The translations under genes and the position numbers were made by a program. Of a stretch of DNA of 64,000 nucleotides, positions 26,276 to 38,042 are shown piece by piece (the stretch's first letter is position 1; each line of letters begins with the position of its first letter). This stretch comes from Mobula birostris (taxonomy: Eukaryota). Location of the stretch: NCBI RefSeq assembly GCF_030028105.1, contig NC_092377.1, positions 53,756,952 to 53,820,951 on the forward strand. The letters run 5' to 3'. The notes below the pieces were generated by a model. It was not told the DNA's origin, did not search any database, and was given only the letters and a program-made list of their open reading frames with translations.

Positions 26276-27774
26276 CTTCAAAAGCTTCAACTGAAGTCAA
26301 TATTCATAGGCTGTAGAGTAATTGCGTCATACAGCATGGAAATAAGTCCTTCGGTCCACTGAGTCCATGTTAAGCATCCAGCGCCCCTTTACATTAATCT
26401 TACAGTACTCCCATTTTATCCTCCTATTTCTTCCATCAATTCTATGTTAGTGTGTTTGCTTTCAGGTTAGCACATATAGTAAATAATTTCAGACTCTAGT
26501 CTTCAGATTTGAATATGAACTGTGGATTAAATCTAAAATGCAGCTCTGAACAGTGGGTCCCTAAGAACCGAGAAACAGATTAATTGCAAGTCCGGACAAT
26601 GCTGAGTTAAGTTTTTTATTTGGGTGTCGCTTAAGTGTCTGTAGTGTGGGTGCGAAGAAGGAGGTGTGAGGGTGGTACGTAGTTCAAAGGAAGCATTATA
26701 AATGTGGAATTGTCCTGAATTGTCCTTTGATCTCTAGCATATGTAATGTTGTATAGTGTTGCGTCAGGCAGACCTTCTTCCTCCAGTAGGGTCTCTAATG
26801 ATACCTGCTGTGTCTCATTTTGTTCAATAAGGAGACTGCTACATATCTACCAGTCCTTATCTGTTCACACAACAGCATTCCACACCCCTGGATTCTCGCA
26901 GTCACCTGCAAACTAGGGATAGTTCATAATAGCCACTGCTCTTCCAATGGTGGCTGAAGTTCCAGATTTCACTGCTGAATGCCCTATAGTGGTTTGAAAA
27001 GCTTCAGCAATATGAAACCATTATCTCTAAGTAAGTCCACTTAGAAGGAAAACTAGAAAAGCTGTATTTGCTCTCTTTAGAGCAGGGATTGTAATATTTG
27101 AGAGGAATTCACAATAATTTAAGGTTACGATCAAGTTGATATTGTTTCCTCTAATAGGAATAATTGATGAAGAGATACAGTTAATTGCAAAGTACATTGG
27201 TAGGGATCTAGTGATAGTTTTATTTTAAGCACTGAGTTATTATAATCTGAAATGATTGGCTTGAAAGACTAATAATTGCAGGTTTAAATAGGTTTAACTT
27301 TCAAATGAGAACTTGATGTATAACTAAAACTGTAAATATGATGACTAATATGAAAGAGCAGGAACAGGGGAGTAACTGTGAATATCCTTTAAGGAAATTT
27401 ACACTAAATACCATCTCTGAGCTGATGGCAAGATATCAGCTTGCTATCTTAAAATGGTCAGACTTACAATTAAGCATCACCCAATCCTTGCAAGATACAA
27501 GCACCAGCTATGACACTGGATTTGCACAAATTCTGGAGGTTAGATTGGATCTTCAGAAGGCAAATCATCAGGTCTGAATTACAAGGAGATAATGATAAGG
27601 TAATGGAAACTAATACTGGCAGTTCACAAGTGGGCAATTCAAATGCAGAGTGATGTTTTGGTGCAGACTAAAGCACACTTCTGGGAGGTGTTGTTCACAT
27701 GTAGTGCATTTGTTTGAGCTGTTCTCTGTGAAGACTTGGAATTCAGCAAAGTGTTAATCAATGCTATTATCACC

Positions 27775-29260
27775 GTCTGCTATTTAGTCAACATGGCTTT
27801 GTCAGGGGTAGGTCATGCCTCATGAGCCTGATTGAGTTTTCTCAAGGAGAAGTGACAAAACAAATTGAAGGTAGAATGGTGGATATGCTTGTTTGTTTAC
27901 TGTTTGAGATACAGCACAGAACAGGCCCTTCCAGCCCTTCGAGCCACACTGCCCAGCAATCCATGGATGTAACTCTCACCCAATCACGGGACAATTTACA
28001 ATGACCATTTAACCTACCAACCGGTAAGTTTTTGGACTGTGGGAAGAAACCAGAGCACCCAGCGGAAACCCATGCGGTCGAGGGGAGAGCGTACAAACTC
28101 CTGACAGGCAGCGGCAGGAATTCAAACCCGATCGCTGGTACCATTAAGCATTGTGCTAGCCATGATGCCACTGTGTTGCTGTTTAACAATGTTCCCCATG
28201 GTAGGTTCATCCAGAAAGTCATAAGGCATGAAGAGAGGGAAACTTAGATAGGTGGATTTCAAATTAGTTTGCCCAGAGAAGGCAGAGGGTGGTAGTCAAT
28301 GGAATGTATTCTGCCTTGAAGACTTTGAATAGTGGAGGGATTTTTGTGATTTTTATAAATGATATGGGTGAGGGAGTGGATGGTTGAGCTAATAGGTTTG
28401 CAGATGACATGAAGTTTGGAGGAGTTGTAGCTGATGTAGAAGGTTGTCATAGGTTACAGCAGGACACATATGGAATGCACAGTTGGGTGGAGTAGTGGCA
28501 GATGGAAAAGTGTGAGGTGATATATATTGGAAGATCAAGCTTGAAGGTTAATGGGAGGATTCACAGTAGTATGAAAACAAAGGGATCATGTACCCTTCAA
28601 AGTTGCTGCATAAGTTGATAAAATGGTTAAGAAGGCAATCAGAGGATCGAGTTCAAGGGCTCCAAAGGTTATGTTGCAGGTTTATAAAATTCTGGTTAAA
28701 CCACACACTTACAGTACTGTGTTCAGTTCTGGTTACCTCACTATAGAAAGTATGTGGAAACTGTAGACAGGTTGCAGAGATGATCCACTTGGATGCTGCC
28801 TGGATAAGAGAGCATGTTTATACACAATTTACACTTAAGCGAGGGTTTTTCTCTTTAGAGCAAAGGATGATGATAGGTGACTAGGGTTGTATAAGATTAT
28901 GAGAGGTATAGATAGAGTGGACAGCTAGCAACTATTTCCAAGGGCAACAATGGCCAACACCAGAGGATATCTGTTTAAGATGAGGGGAGGAAAGTTCAGG
29001 GGAGATGTCAGAGGTAAGGTAAATTTTTATTTTTTTTACAACAGAGAGTGGTGGGTACCTGGAATGCACTGCCCAAGGTAGTGGTAGAAGCTGGCATCGT
29101 TGGAATATTTATAAGACTCTTAGATAGCTACGTGGATGTAAGCAGAGTAGAGGGTTATGGGCTGTGTAGGAGACAAGGCCTAAATTGATCATGGAATATG
29201 CTTATATAGGTCACCACAACATCATGGGCCAAAGGGTCCACTCTGATGTGCTGCTCTGTC
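27775..29260 (+). mobile_element. CR1 LINE (RT to 3' end) interrupted by a V-SINE
   Basis: CAACATGGCTTTGTC..TTGAGTTT, TTTGCAGATGACA, CAGTTCTGGTTACC, CAGAGAGTGGTGGGTACCTGGAAT. Confidence 0.85.
27887..28177 (-). mobile_element. V-SINE (HE1-like)
   Basis: Minus strand: tRNA-like head (TGGCATCATGG, GGGTTTGAATTCC), V domain GGAGTTTGTACGCTCTCCCC..GGGTTTCCGCTGGGTGCTCTGGTTTCTTCCCACAGTCCAAA, CR1-like tail. Confidence 0.8.
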
Positions 29261-29581
29261 TCCATTCATTTCCACTCACGTAATAGGATGGGTTGGTCCC
29301 TCACAGAGGTGAAGTTATGGAGCATACAGAAGACAGCCATAAATCTAGACATACCTTTCAGTTTGCAGAGCAAATTACTGATGTTACAACACAAGTGCTA
29401 TGCACAATGGTAATCTAAATTATAGTACTTTTGCCATTGGAGGCATGCTATGTCTGAAAGATGTGGAAGCTACTGCATCTCTCAGTTCCCTGATAGTCTA
29501 CTTGAAGGCACCAAGACAGGTGTAAGATGAATAAATCACTATATAATATCTCGTACTGTTAATAAATCAGTTGGGCTTTCG

Positions 29582-30870
29582 AAATTCAACATTCAAAGTA
29601 AATTTATTATCAAAGCACATATATGTTACCAAATATTACCCTGAGACTCATTTTCTTGCAGGCATTTGCAGTTGAATCGGTGAAAAACTACATATAGACA
29701 AAGACTGACATGCAACCAATGTGCAAAAGACACACTGTGAAAATAAAAACAAGAAACAAACATTAATATAAATAAATAATACTGAGAGCACCAATTGTAG
29801 AATCCTTGAAAGTGAATCCATAATTTGTGTTCCATGATCAGTTCAGTGTTGTGGTGAGGAGGGAAGATGTCAACGCTGGTTCAGAGCCTGATGGTTGAAG
29901 GGTAATAATTGTTCCTGAACCTAGTTGTGTGGGACATGTCTCTTGTACATGCTTCCTGATGGTAACGTTAAGAAGAGAGCATGTCCTGGGTGGTAGGGTT
30001 CCTTGATGATGAATGTTGCTTTCTTGTGGCAGTGCTCTTTGTAGTTATACTCACTGCTTTCCTGTGATGAACTGGGCTGTGTCTACCACTTCTTGTATGC
30101 TTTTCAGTCCTCAGGCGCTGGTGTTCCCATGCTAGGCTGTGATGCAACTATTCAGGATACTCTCTGCTGTATCTGTGCAAACTTCTAAGAAAGTAAAGAC
30201 ACTGACATGCTTTCTTTGAAATGGCATTTACTTTTTGGTCCCAGGACTCATCCTCTGATATGATAATGCCCTGAAATTGAAAGTTACTGACCATCACCAT
30301 CGTTGATCCCTTAATATGCATTCGTTCATGGACCCCTAATTTCTTCCTTCTACAGTCAATAACACAGTCAATAAAAGCTTTTTGGTTTTGCTAACATTCA
30401 GTAAGAGGATGTTATTGTGGCACCACTCAACCAGATTTTCGATCTCCCAGATTTGTCATCCCCTTTGATTCCGCCAACAGTGGCATCATCAGCAAGCTTA
30501 AATATGGCGTTGGAGCTATACATAGCCTCACTGTCAAAAGTGTAAAGAGACTTGAGTGGGGACTATGCACACAGCCTTGTGCTGGTGATGATTGTGGAGG
30601 AGATGTTGTTGCAAATCTGTACTGATTGGGGTCAGCAAGTGAAGAAATCAAGGATCCAGTTACACAAGGAGGTATACAGGACCAGGTCTTGAAAGTTATT
30701 GTTTAGTTCTGAGGGGACGATAGTGTTAAATGTAGAGCCGTACTCAATGAAGAGCATTGTGATGCAAGCATCTTCACTATCCAGATGTTCCAGTGCTGAG
30801 TGGAGAGCCAATGAAATAGCATCTGCTACTGATCTGTTGTGACAGTAGGCAGACTGAAGCAGATCCCAGT
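29582..30870 (-). mobile_element. Rex1/Babar LINE, 5'-truncated
   Basis: [50 protein letters not shown] is Rex1-type RT. Confidence 0.85.
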
Positions 30871-30959
30871 CAATCCTCAAGCACTCAGGCTTTGAGTGGT
30901 ATTCTATTGTATGGTTAATACACCAAGTGATTCGTGGAAAATACCCAGTGAAATGTGAA

Positions 30960-31135
30960 TAGAGGAGATTCTGCAGATGTTGCAAATCCAATGTAACATA
31001 TACAAAATGCTGGAGGAACTTAGCAGGTCAGGCAGTATTTATGGAAAGGAATAAACAGTTGACATTATGGGCCAAGATTCTTCATCAAGACTGCAAAGGA
31101 AAGGGGAAGAAGACAGAATAAGAAGGTGGGGAAAG
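30960..31135 (-). mobile_element. Penelope-derived terminal-repeat remnant
   Basis: TCTGCAGATG..AAATGCTGGAGGAACT..GTTGACATTATGGGCCAAGATTCTTCATCAAGACT, a degenerate hammerhead region. Confidence 0.65.
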
Positions 31136-31629
31136 AGGTAGCAAAGAGTTTACCTTCTGCACATACAGTTTTAACAACAAAAATGATCATTTCATTAAAA
31201 TCCTGCTGGATGGTAGTACATAACTTAGTTTGTAAGTACATTTACAATTTAATCATGGAAAGTGGATATTGCTGGCAATACAAGCATTCATTGCCCAACC
31301 TTAAATTCCCTTGCACTGAGGATGCAGTCAAGAGTCAACTATATTTGTGAACAACCACTCAGTTTAGAAGATCATATAATAGAAGGATAACTAAACTGAT
31401 GACCCTCAAGCAACCTGGCAATGGTACAGTTAATTTTATCATGGGAATAGTTTCCAATTTTTAGTATCTAATACAGAATTTGGGAAAAAAAAACACAAAG
31501 TTTTAACATTAGTATTTTGCAGTTAGCCAAAAATGCTACATGCAGTATATTGCCAATGCCAATGGACGGCAGCTCAACTTTTGAGATAAACAGTGGGGGT
31601 TTAACAGAGAGCTCTGCTTGCTTTTAAAT

Positions 31630-33170
31630 CACAGGCAATGTTCCAGAGGACTGTGGTAAAGCTAGTGTTGTTCCTCCATTTGAGAAATGCAATAGTGACA
31701 AACCAGGAAGTTGTAGGTCAGTGAGCCTTATATCAGTGGTAGGAAGATAATTGGGGAAACTATTTTTTAAGTGTAAGATCTTCTCACATGTGGAAAAACA
31801 AAGACTTATTAGGGATAACTTTATGCAGGGGAGGTCCCACTATACAAACTTGACTGAGTTTTTTGAGGAGGTAATGAAAATGATTGATGAGGGTACGACA
31901 GTGAATGTCGAATACATGGATTTCAGTAAAGCTTTTGACAAAATCTCTCATGGTGCGTTAGTTCAGAGAACGAAGACCCACGTGATCCATGGAGACTTGG
32001 TAGATCAGTGAAAGGGGTTTCTTCTTTCATGTTATTTGCTAAGGCTAATAAAATGGTTTCTTTGTTATGTCATAATAAAATGGCTTCTCTGTAATGTTAA
32101 CTGCTGAGTTAACGGTAGCAGCTTGTTTGGGTTATAATTACTGATAACAGGAATTATATTTATTTGATAATCAATTGGTATAGGTGTTATGCTTTCTTGT
32201 GTGTCTGTAAGCTGTTATTATCACGGGCTTTGGGCAGAAGGTGCGATGGGGACAGAGAGAGGAGATGCGATGAGGAAGATGCTGTAAGATGGGCGAGGAT
32301 TAGACCCAAGAGGGAGTCCAAGGCCCAGGGCTTTTCGGGAGGAGAATCGAAGAGGAATGGTGGAAAGAAGACTCCGTTAATTGAACTCCAACGGTTGTGC
32401 ACAAAGTGGTTAAACTTTGATAAGTTTGGCGCCTTTTACTTTCCTTTTATATTGTATCTCTATTAATTACATAGTTCCAGTAAGATCTATAAAGTGTAAT
32501 CTGTAAATCGCACATTGTGTGCTGTCTGTTAATTGGTGGTGTGGGGCACATCACATAGCACCCACACAAGCTTGATTACCCAGATTGGCGGGGCTGAAGG
32601 CTGCTCCCCCTAGACGAAAGCAAGCTGAGCAAGCCTGAGGCTTACCAGGAGGCTACATTAGATTTAAAATTTACTTGGCCATAGAAGACAGGGGACTGGG
32701 TGGAACGTTGTTATTCTGACTGGAAGTTTATGAACAGTGATATTCCACAGGGATGAGGGTTGAAACATCTGTTGTTGGTGATATATATAAACAATCTGGA
32801 TGAAACTAAGTTTGCAAGAAAAACAAAAAGTAGTGGAGTTGTGGCTCTTGAGGAAGATTGTTAAAGGACTTAGCAGGATATATTCTAGTTAGAAATGTGA
32901 ACTGCAAAATGGCAGACAAAATTTAATCCAGACAAGTGTGAGGTGTTGCATTGGGAAGAGGGTGGTGGGTGACTGGTACACACTACCAGTGAATATGGAG
33001 AAAGCAGAAACGGTTGCTGCACACAAGGTGACATTTAGACAGACACATGAACAGGCAGGGGATGAAGGGATAAGTGCAGGAGATGTAAGCAGCTGGGATT
33101 AGCATCATGGGTATCACAGACACTGTGGGCTGAAAGACCTGTTCCTGTGCTGTACTGCTTCATATTGTGT
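31630..33170 (+). mobile_element. CR1 LINE interrupted by a solo LTR
   Basis: TNLTEFFEEV..YMDFSKAFDKI; continues after 32661 to a CR1 3' UTR. Confidence 0.85.
32009..32657 (+). mobile_element. Solo LTR (649 bp)
   Basis: TG..CA ends, 4-bp TSD with one mismatch (TCAG/TTAG), cleanly interrupts CR1 RT. Orientation tentative. Confidence 0.75.
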
Positions 33171-33231
33171 CATTTGAATCCGAAGATGGAAAATATGGTT
33201 TCCCCGTGCAAGCTATTAAGGTTACCTCTAT

Positions 33232-33345
33232 AAAACACACAAGATGCTGAAGGAAGTCAGCAGACCAGGCAGCATCTATAGAAAAGAGTAAATAGAAGGC
33301 GTTTTGGGTCGAGATCCTTCATTAGGACCCTTCATCCTGATGAAA
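33232..33345 (-). mobile_element. Penelope-derived terminal-repeat remnant
   Basis: ACACACAAGATGCTG..CAGGCAGCATCTATAG..CGTTTTGGGTCGAGATCCTTCATTAGGAC. Confidence 0.6.
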
Positions 33346-34469
33346 TGGCATTTAAATTATTATTATTGCACATTTCAATAATTATAAATATAAACTTGAG
33401 CAATAAACATTTGATGAATGCACCTATCAAGTGAATAGATAAATATTGATCTCTTGTGGTACATCTATGGAGGAAAAGAAATTAAAATAGTCTTCCTCTC
33501 TCTCTCCTAGTAATTCTCTGTATTTAATCCCTTCTGCTACACATTTCCTGCCAGCATCTGCTCTGCTCCCTTACACACTATACAGGATTATTTTACCCTG
33601 GTTTCTACACTCAAATTCTCTCTTTTTTTAAATGTACAATTTACATGCTAAGATTAAAGCTGAAAGTTACTAAGTCAGTATTGGAGTTACGATGAATTAG
33701 AGAGACAAAGACTGGGAATTTATGGAACCTCTTGGAAGAAGTGTAAGACGAGCCACAAGGGGTACAGAGAGGAGTTAAGCTGAACAGGAGCTGCACCTGC
33801 AGAGAAATGAGGAAATCAATCTTCAGCCCACAGACAGTAACCAAGATCTTAAGTGATCAGACTCACTGGATAGGCCGAAATAAACGAGATTTATGCATGC
33901 TTCCTCTGGAATCCTGACAATGTGGTGCTTAATTGTCTTTCATAATTGCACTTACATGCTGGGCCCAGGACAAATCCTCTGAAATGGTAATACTGTTGAA
34001 TTTAAGGTTGCTGATCCTGACCACCTCACATGTCCCAACGAAGACGAGCTCATGGACCTCTGATTTCCCCAGAATTTTTAAAACTTAGCCCTGCTCTCCC
34101 TGAGCTTAGCATGATTATGAAGGCAAACTCATGCTCCTCAGCCTTTTCCAAACAAACGACAAATAATTAAAAATGCTCCTTAACTCCATATTGGCTGACT
34201 ATCAGAATAATTGAAAGCTTACAAATTTGAACACAAAACATAAAATACTCAAAATCACTTTGAAACAATTAAAATATTTATCTAAACAACTAATGCAGTA
34301 AAATCCAATATTTTTTCAAATGTCTATGATTTTTTTCTCAACAAGTAGCCCCCTCCATTTGGGTGCATTTTCCATTCCTCTTTACCGAGTCTCGATGGGG
34401 TGAGTGATCCAATTCTGCTCCTATGCCTTAAAGTCTTGTGATGAAGTCACTGTTCCTGCACTACATCTA

Positions 34470-34700
34470 ACCAGAACAGATCCTGTAGAGATATTCACGT
34501 CCTAATTCTTCCCAATTTAATAACATCTTTCCTGTAGCAGGGTGAATAAAACTGAACACAATATTCCAAGTACAGCATCATCAGCTTCTGTAAATCACCC
34601 GTGAGCTTGCAACTCCTTTTTATTCACCCTGCCTTATGATGCCAGCGTGTCAAAAGTTTGCTTCACCACCCTGCCTACCTATGACTCCACTTTCATAGAA
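34470..34700 (-). mobile_element. Old CR1 fragment
   Basis: TCCTGTAGCAGGGTG..AACTGAACACAATATTCCAAG is the reverse complement of the LEYCVQF..YRK region. Confidence 0.5.
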
Positions 34701-36321
34701 AATAAATGCAAATGAGTGCTTGATATAATATCTTTTCTGTGAGCATTTCCAATCACTTGTTATCTCTATTGTATTTTAGGAACAATTGAAATGAAACTTG
34801 CTTTGTTTATTCAATGGATGATGAACCATTAAAATTCTACAGATGATTTATGAATACATGGAACTCTCGAGCTTGGAGAGTGGAAAAAAGAATCTTACCA
34901 CAGCTAATTAAAAATAGATGTATTAACTTTGCCAGCTAGATCTGCTCCTTGTGCCTTGCTATTGAAAAAGATATTTCAGATCTTTCAACCTTAGCAATGC
35001 ACATTGAATAACTTCAGTAAATCCCAACAATTGTAATGATCCTTCCTTTTCCGTACTTCTGATAATCTCTTCTTGATCAATCTTAATATGGAAATAGTAA
35101 CAAAGTCAATGTATCATCCTATGGTACTATGACAATGGAAGTATTAAGTATTTTGAGGTTTAATAATACAGTATTACCAAGATGAGGGTAACTTCATTTT
35201 GTGCTGATAACTGGAGATCATTTAATATGGCTCACCAAGAACCCACTATCCCTATATCAAAGCTTTTTTTAATTGATATATGAAGTCAGAAAAGGTAAAA
35301 GTACTTCAAGGCCAGATATGGTGAGAAAGTACACTCACACCGAGCATTAACGCACTCTCCAAAGTAACGATGTGACTCACAACTTACATCTCCAGTCGTC
35401 GTCTTGGCAAGTCATAGAACATCAGCAGCTACATCCACAGGAATCAGCCTTCATCCCTGGGATTTGCCCAAGAAACTACTTTAAAAATTGGTGGAATGAC
35501 AAACTGTCTTAAAATTAAAATATTGTGACAGCTTTTGGGAATAAGAACACTTACTAGCATTAAGTGATGCTGATAATTACAGACAAACTATATTTTAGAA
35601 GAGTGGAGCTGTTTGCAATGCTTGTCACTACTGGCAATGAGTAATGGAACATGCAAAGCCTCGTACTCGCAGGACTACTGTCACTCAAAAACAGTTGAAA
35701 GTGTTTGCATGCTGCTTTAGACTGTCCACAAGAAAGAGATGAACAGTGATGCCTGAACAAACAATGCATTTGAGTGACTTCATACATCTGTGCACTGCTG
35801 GTTCACAATGTCCCCAGTGAGCTTGAAAGAAACCTGCTGTATAAAATATGAATGTGGTTGTGAGTTAACAGCTACTGGCAGTATAGAACCTGTGGTGCTG
35901 TTTGGCTGCAGGTCTGCTTGTAGCACATGCCATAATACCGTGATCGCATCCCTGCTGATTCAAAGTATCAATATTTATAAAGCAGGGACTGACTGTTGTT
36001 ACAGACTGAAAGCACAGAAATCTCATGAATGCTGAGATCCTGCTGAATTTAATGGCAGAACTTATTAATATTATTCTTGTTCCATTTTCTGCCCAGCAGA
36101 CAGTTAAACTTATAGAATTGCAGGATCATTGGCATTTGGGTAGAAACATCTGCAGCAGATAATTGCAGACTGGAGAAAATGTATTATTTGGGGAATAACT
36201 GGGACACACTAGGATTCTTTTGGATCAGAAACTACATGAGACAAATGACAGGGGCAGGATGGCAATTTGTAGAAATCAGGAACTTAGGTTTTTCACTGTA
36301 TCTTGGTGCATGTGACAATCA

Positions 36322-36895
36322 TAGCCAGGGTTGGTAATGGGTACAAGCTCCTACTACCTATTAATTAATCCCTATGGCATGCACCTCAAATAGCCTCTGA
36401 CAACCAAGTCCAGCTCCTGGTCTTCAAGTGTGGCTTAGCTACTAAGCTCAGCGGAACTGTTTCCACTGATAGGAGAAGGGGCAAAGGCAGGTTACTGGTG
36501 CCTTAAAATCAGTTGCTTTGGGCAGACGGGGCTCATTAGCCGAGGTTGTCAGCTTATCTAGGAGAAGGAAATCTCTGATCTCAAACCTCTGCTGCCTTGC
36601 CGCTATACCCACTCATTGGGGAAGGCTTCAGGAGTAAACCCAAGGGAAAAATGCAAAGCTGGAGTCCCTGAGTCAGTCCTACATTGATTTCAATGTTGAC
36701 TGGCAATCCCTGCAGCGCTGCTGGTACCAAACTGTGTTGGTCTCTGCCGTTCCTTTGGGTTCATCAAATGTGTGGAGAAGGGGAGCTTGCTACGTGGGCC
36801 ACCGCTTCCTCTCCATATCGTACTGTCCAGGCTTGCATACCTAGACAGCTAGGATGCAATATTCATGGTCAACTATGACCGACAGAGGCCTCATC
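36322..36895 (+). mobile_element. Non-autonomous LINE-leader-derived element (RTE- or Vingi-like)
   Basis: AGGAGAAGGAAATCTCTGATCTCAAACCTCTGCTGCCTTG..GGAAGGCTTCAGGAGTAAACCC leader. Its 3' third is homologous to the body of the SINE at 2141-2335. Confidence 0.55.
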
Positions 36896-37887
36896 TCACA
36901 AGTAAAAGAAATAGGGAATGACATGGTTGAGAGAGATGAAGAAAAAAGGAACATACAATTGGCAAGAAGGGAAATATTTGACCATGCCGAGAGGACAATA
37001 ATCAGAGGAAGACATGCAAAGACACGAGGCTGAAGAGAAATGCATCCATTTAACAGGTTGCCTTAAGCCCAGAGAAATCCTGCTGGCCGACCCACGTTAA
37101 CCATAACCAGCAACCAAATAAACCGTATGTGAATTTGATTTCATAATCAAATATTATAACAATGTGCACTTACGACTGTGTAATATGCAACCCACTGATT
37201 CAAATTTGCAACAAGTGAACACAGAAATAGAATGCATATTTTGTTGCTTTTCATTTGCAATACTAGAGACCAAAAGACCTCTCATCAAATTTACATCAGA
37301 GTGTCAGGATCTGAAGTAATGTCTTTTTTGGATATTGTGGCATGTGAGGGTCTTCAGTTTCCGGTGACCTAATGTGGCTTTGATATTCCTTATTTATTTC
37401 TTGCAAAATGCAAACCTGAGGGGAAATTTCCTATGGGAAAACTATAACATAACCACAGAACTCAAACAGATGAAGAACTTGCCTCAACAATTCATCAAGC
37501 TTATAAATAGATCAAGGAACAGAAATGTCGATGTTACAAGAAAGCTGTAATTAATGAACTACTTAGTTAAAATGACTTTGGCAAGAAACTTTAAAGATAT
37601 AGTTCAGGAGGGGCACTGAAGAAAGGAAATAACAGTAATTGGATATCAAACATCATGTCCATGCCAAATTACTGTGTGCAAGATTTTTTAAACTATATCT
37701 AATCAGAAGACTGTTGCACTCTGCACAGCATGGAAATCATAACAAGAGCAAAGAGCTAAAATGAGACTTTCATATCACAATAAAGAAGAAAGCTGGTTAG
37801 CATGAATGTATAAATACATTTGGAAGAAAACACATTTTCCAGAAAATAAAGTTACAGATATCAAATCACACTGAATAGAGCAATAGC

Positions 37888-38022
37888 CTACAGTCCTGTT
37901 GAAGGTCTTGGCCCAAAAGATCAACGGTTTATTCATTTTCATAGATGCTGCCTGACCTGCAGAGTTCCTTCAGTATTTTGCATGTATTGTGCTAGATTTC
38001 CAGAATCTGCAGAATTTCTTGT
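37888..38022 (+). mobile_element. Penelope-derived terminal-repeat remnant
   Basis: CAGTCCTGTTGAAGGTCTTGGCCCAAAAG..AGATGCTGCCTGACCTGC..TTTCCAGAATCTGCAGAATTTC. Confidence 0.65.
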
Positions 38023-38042
38023 ACTAATAACCCACAATTTGC

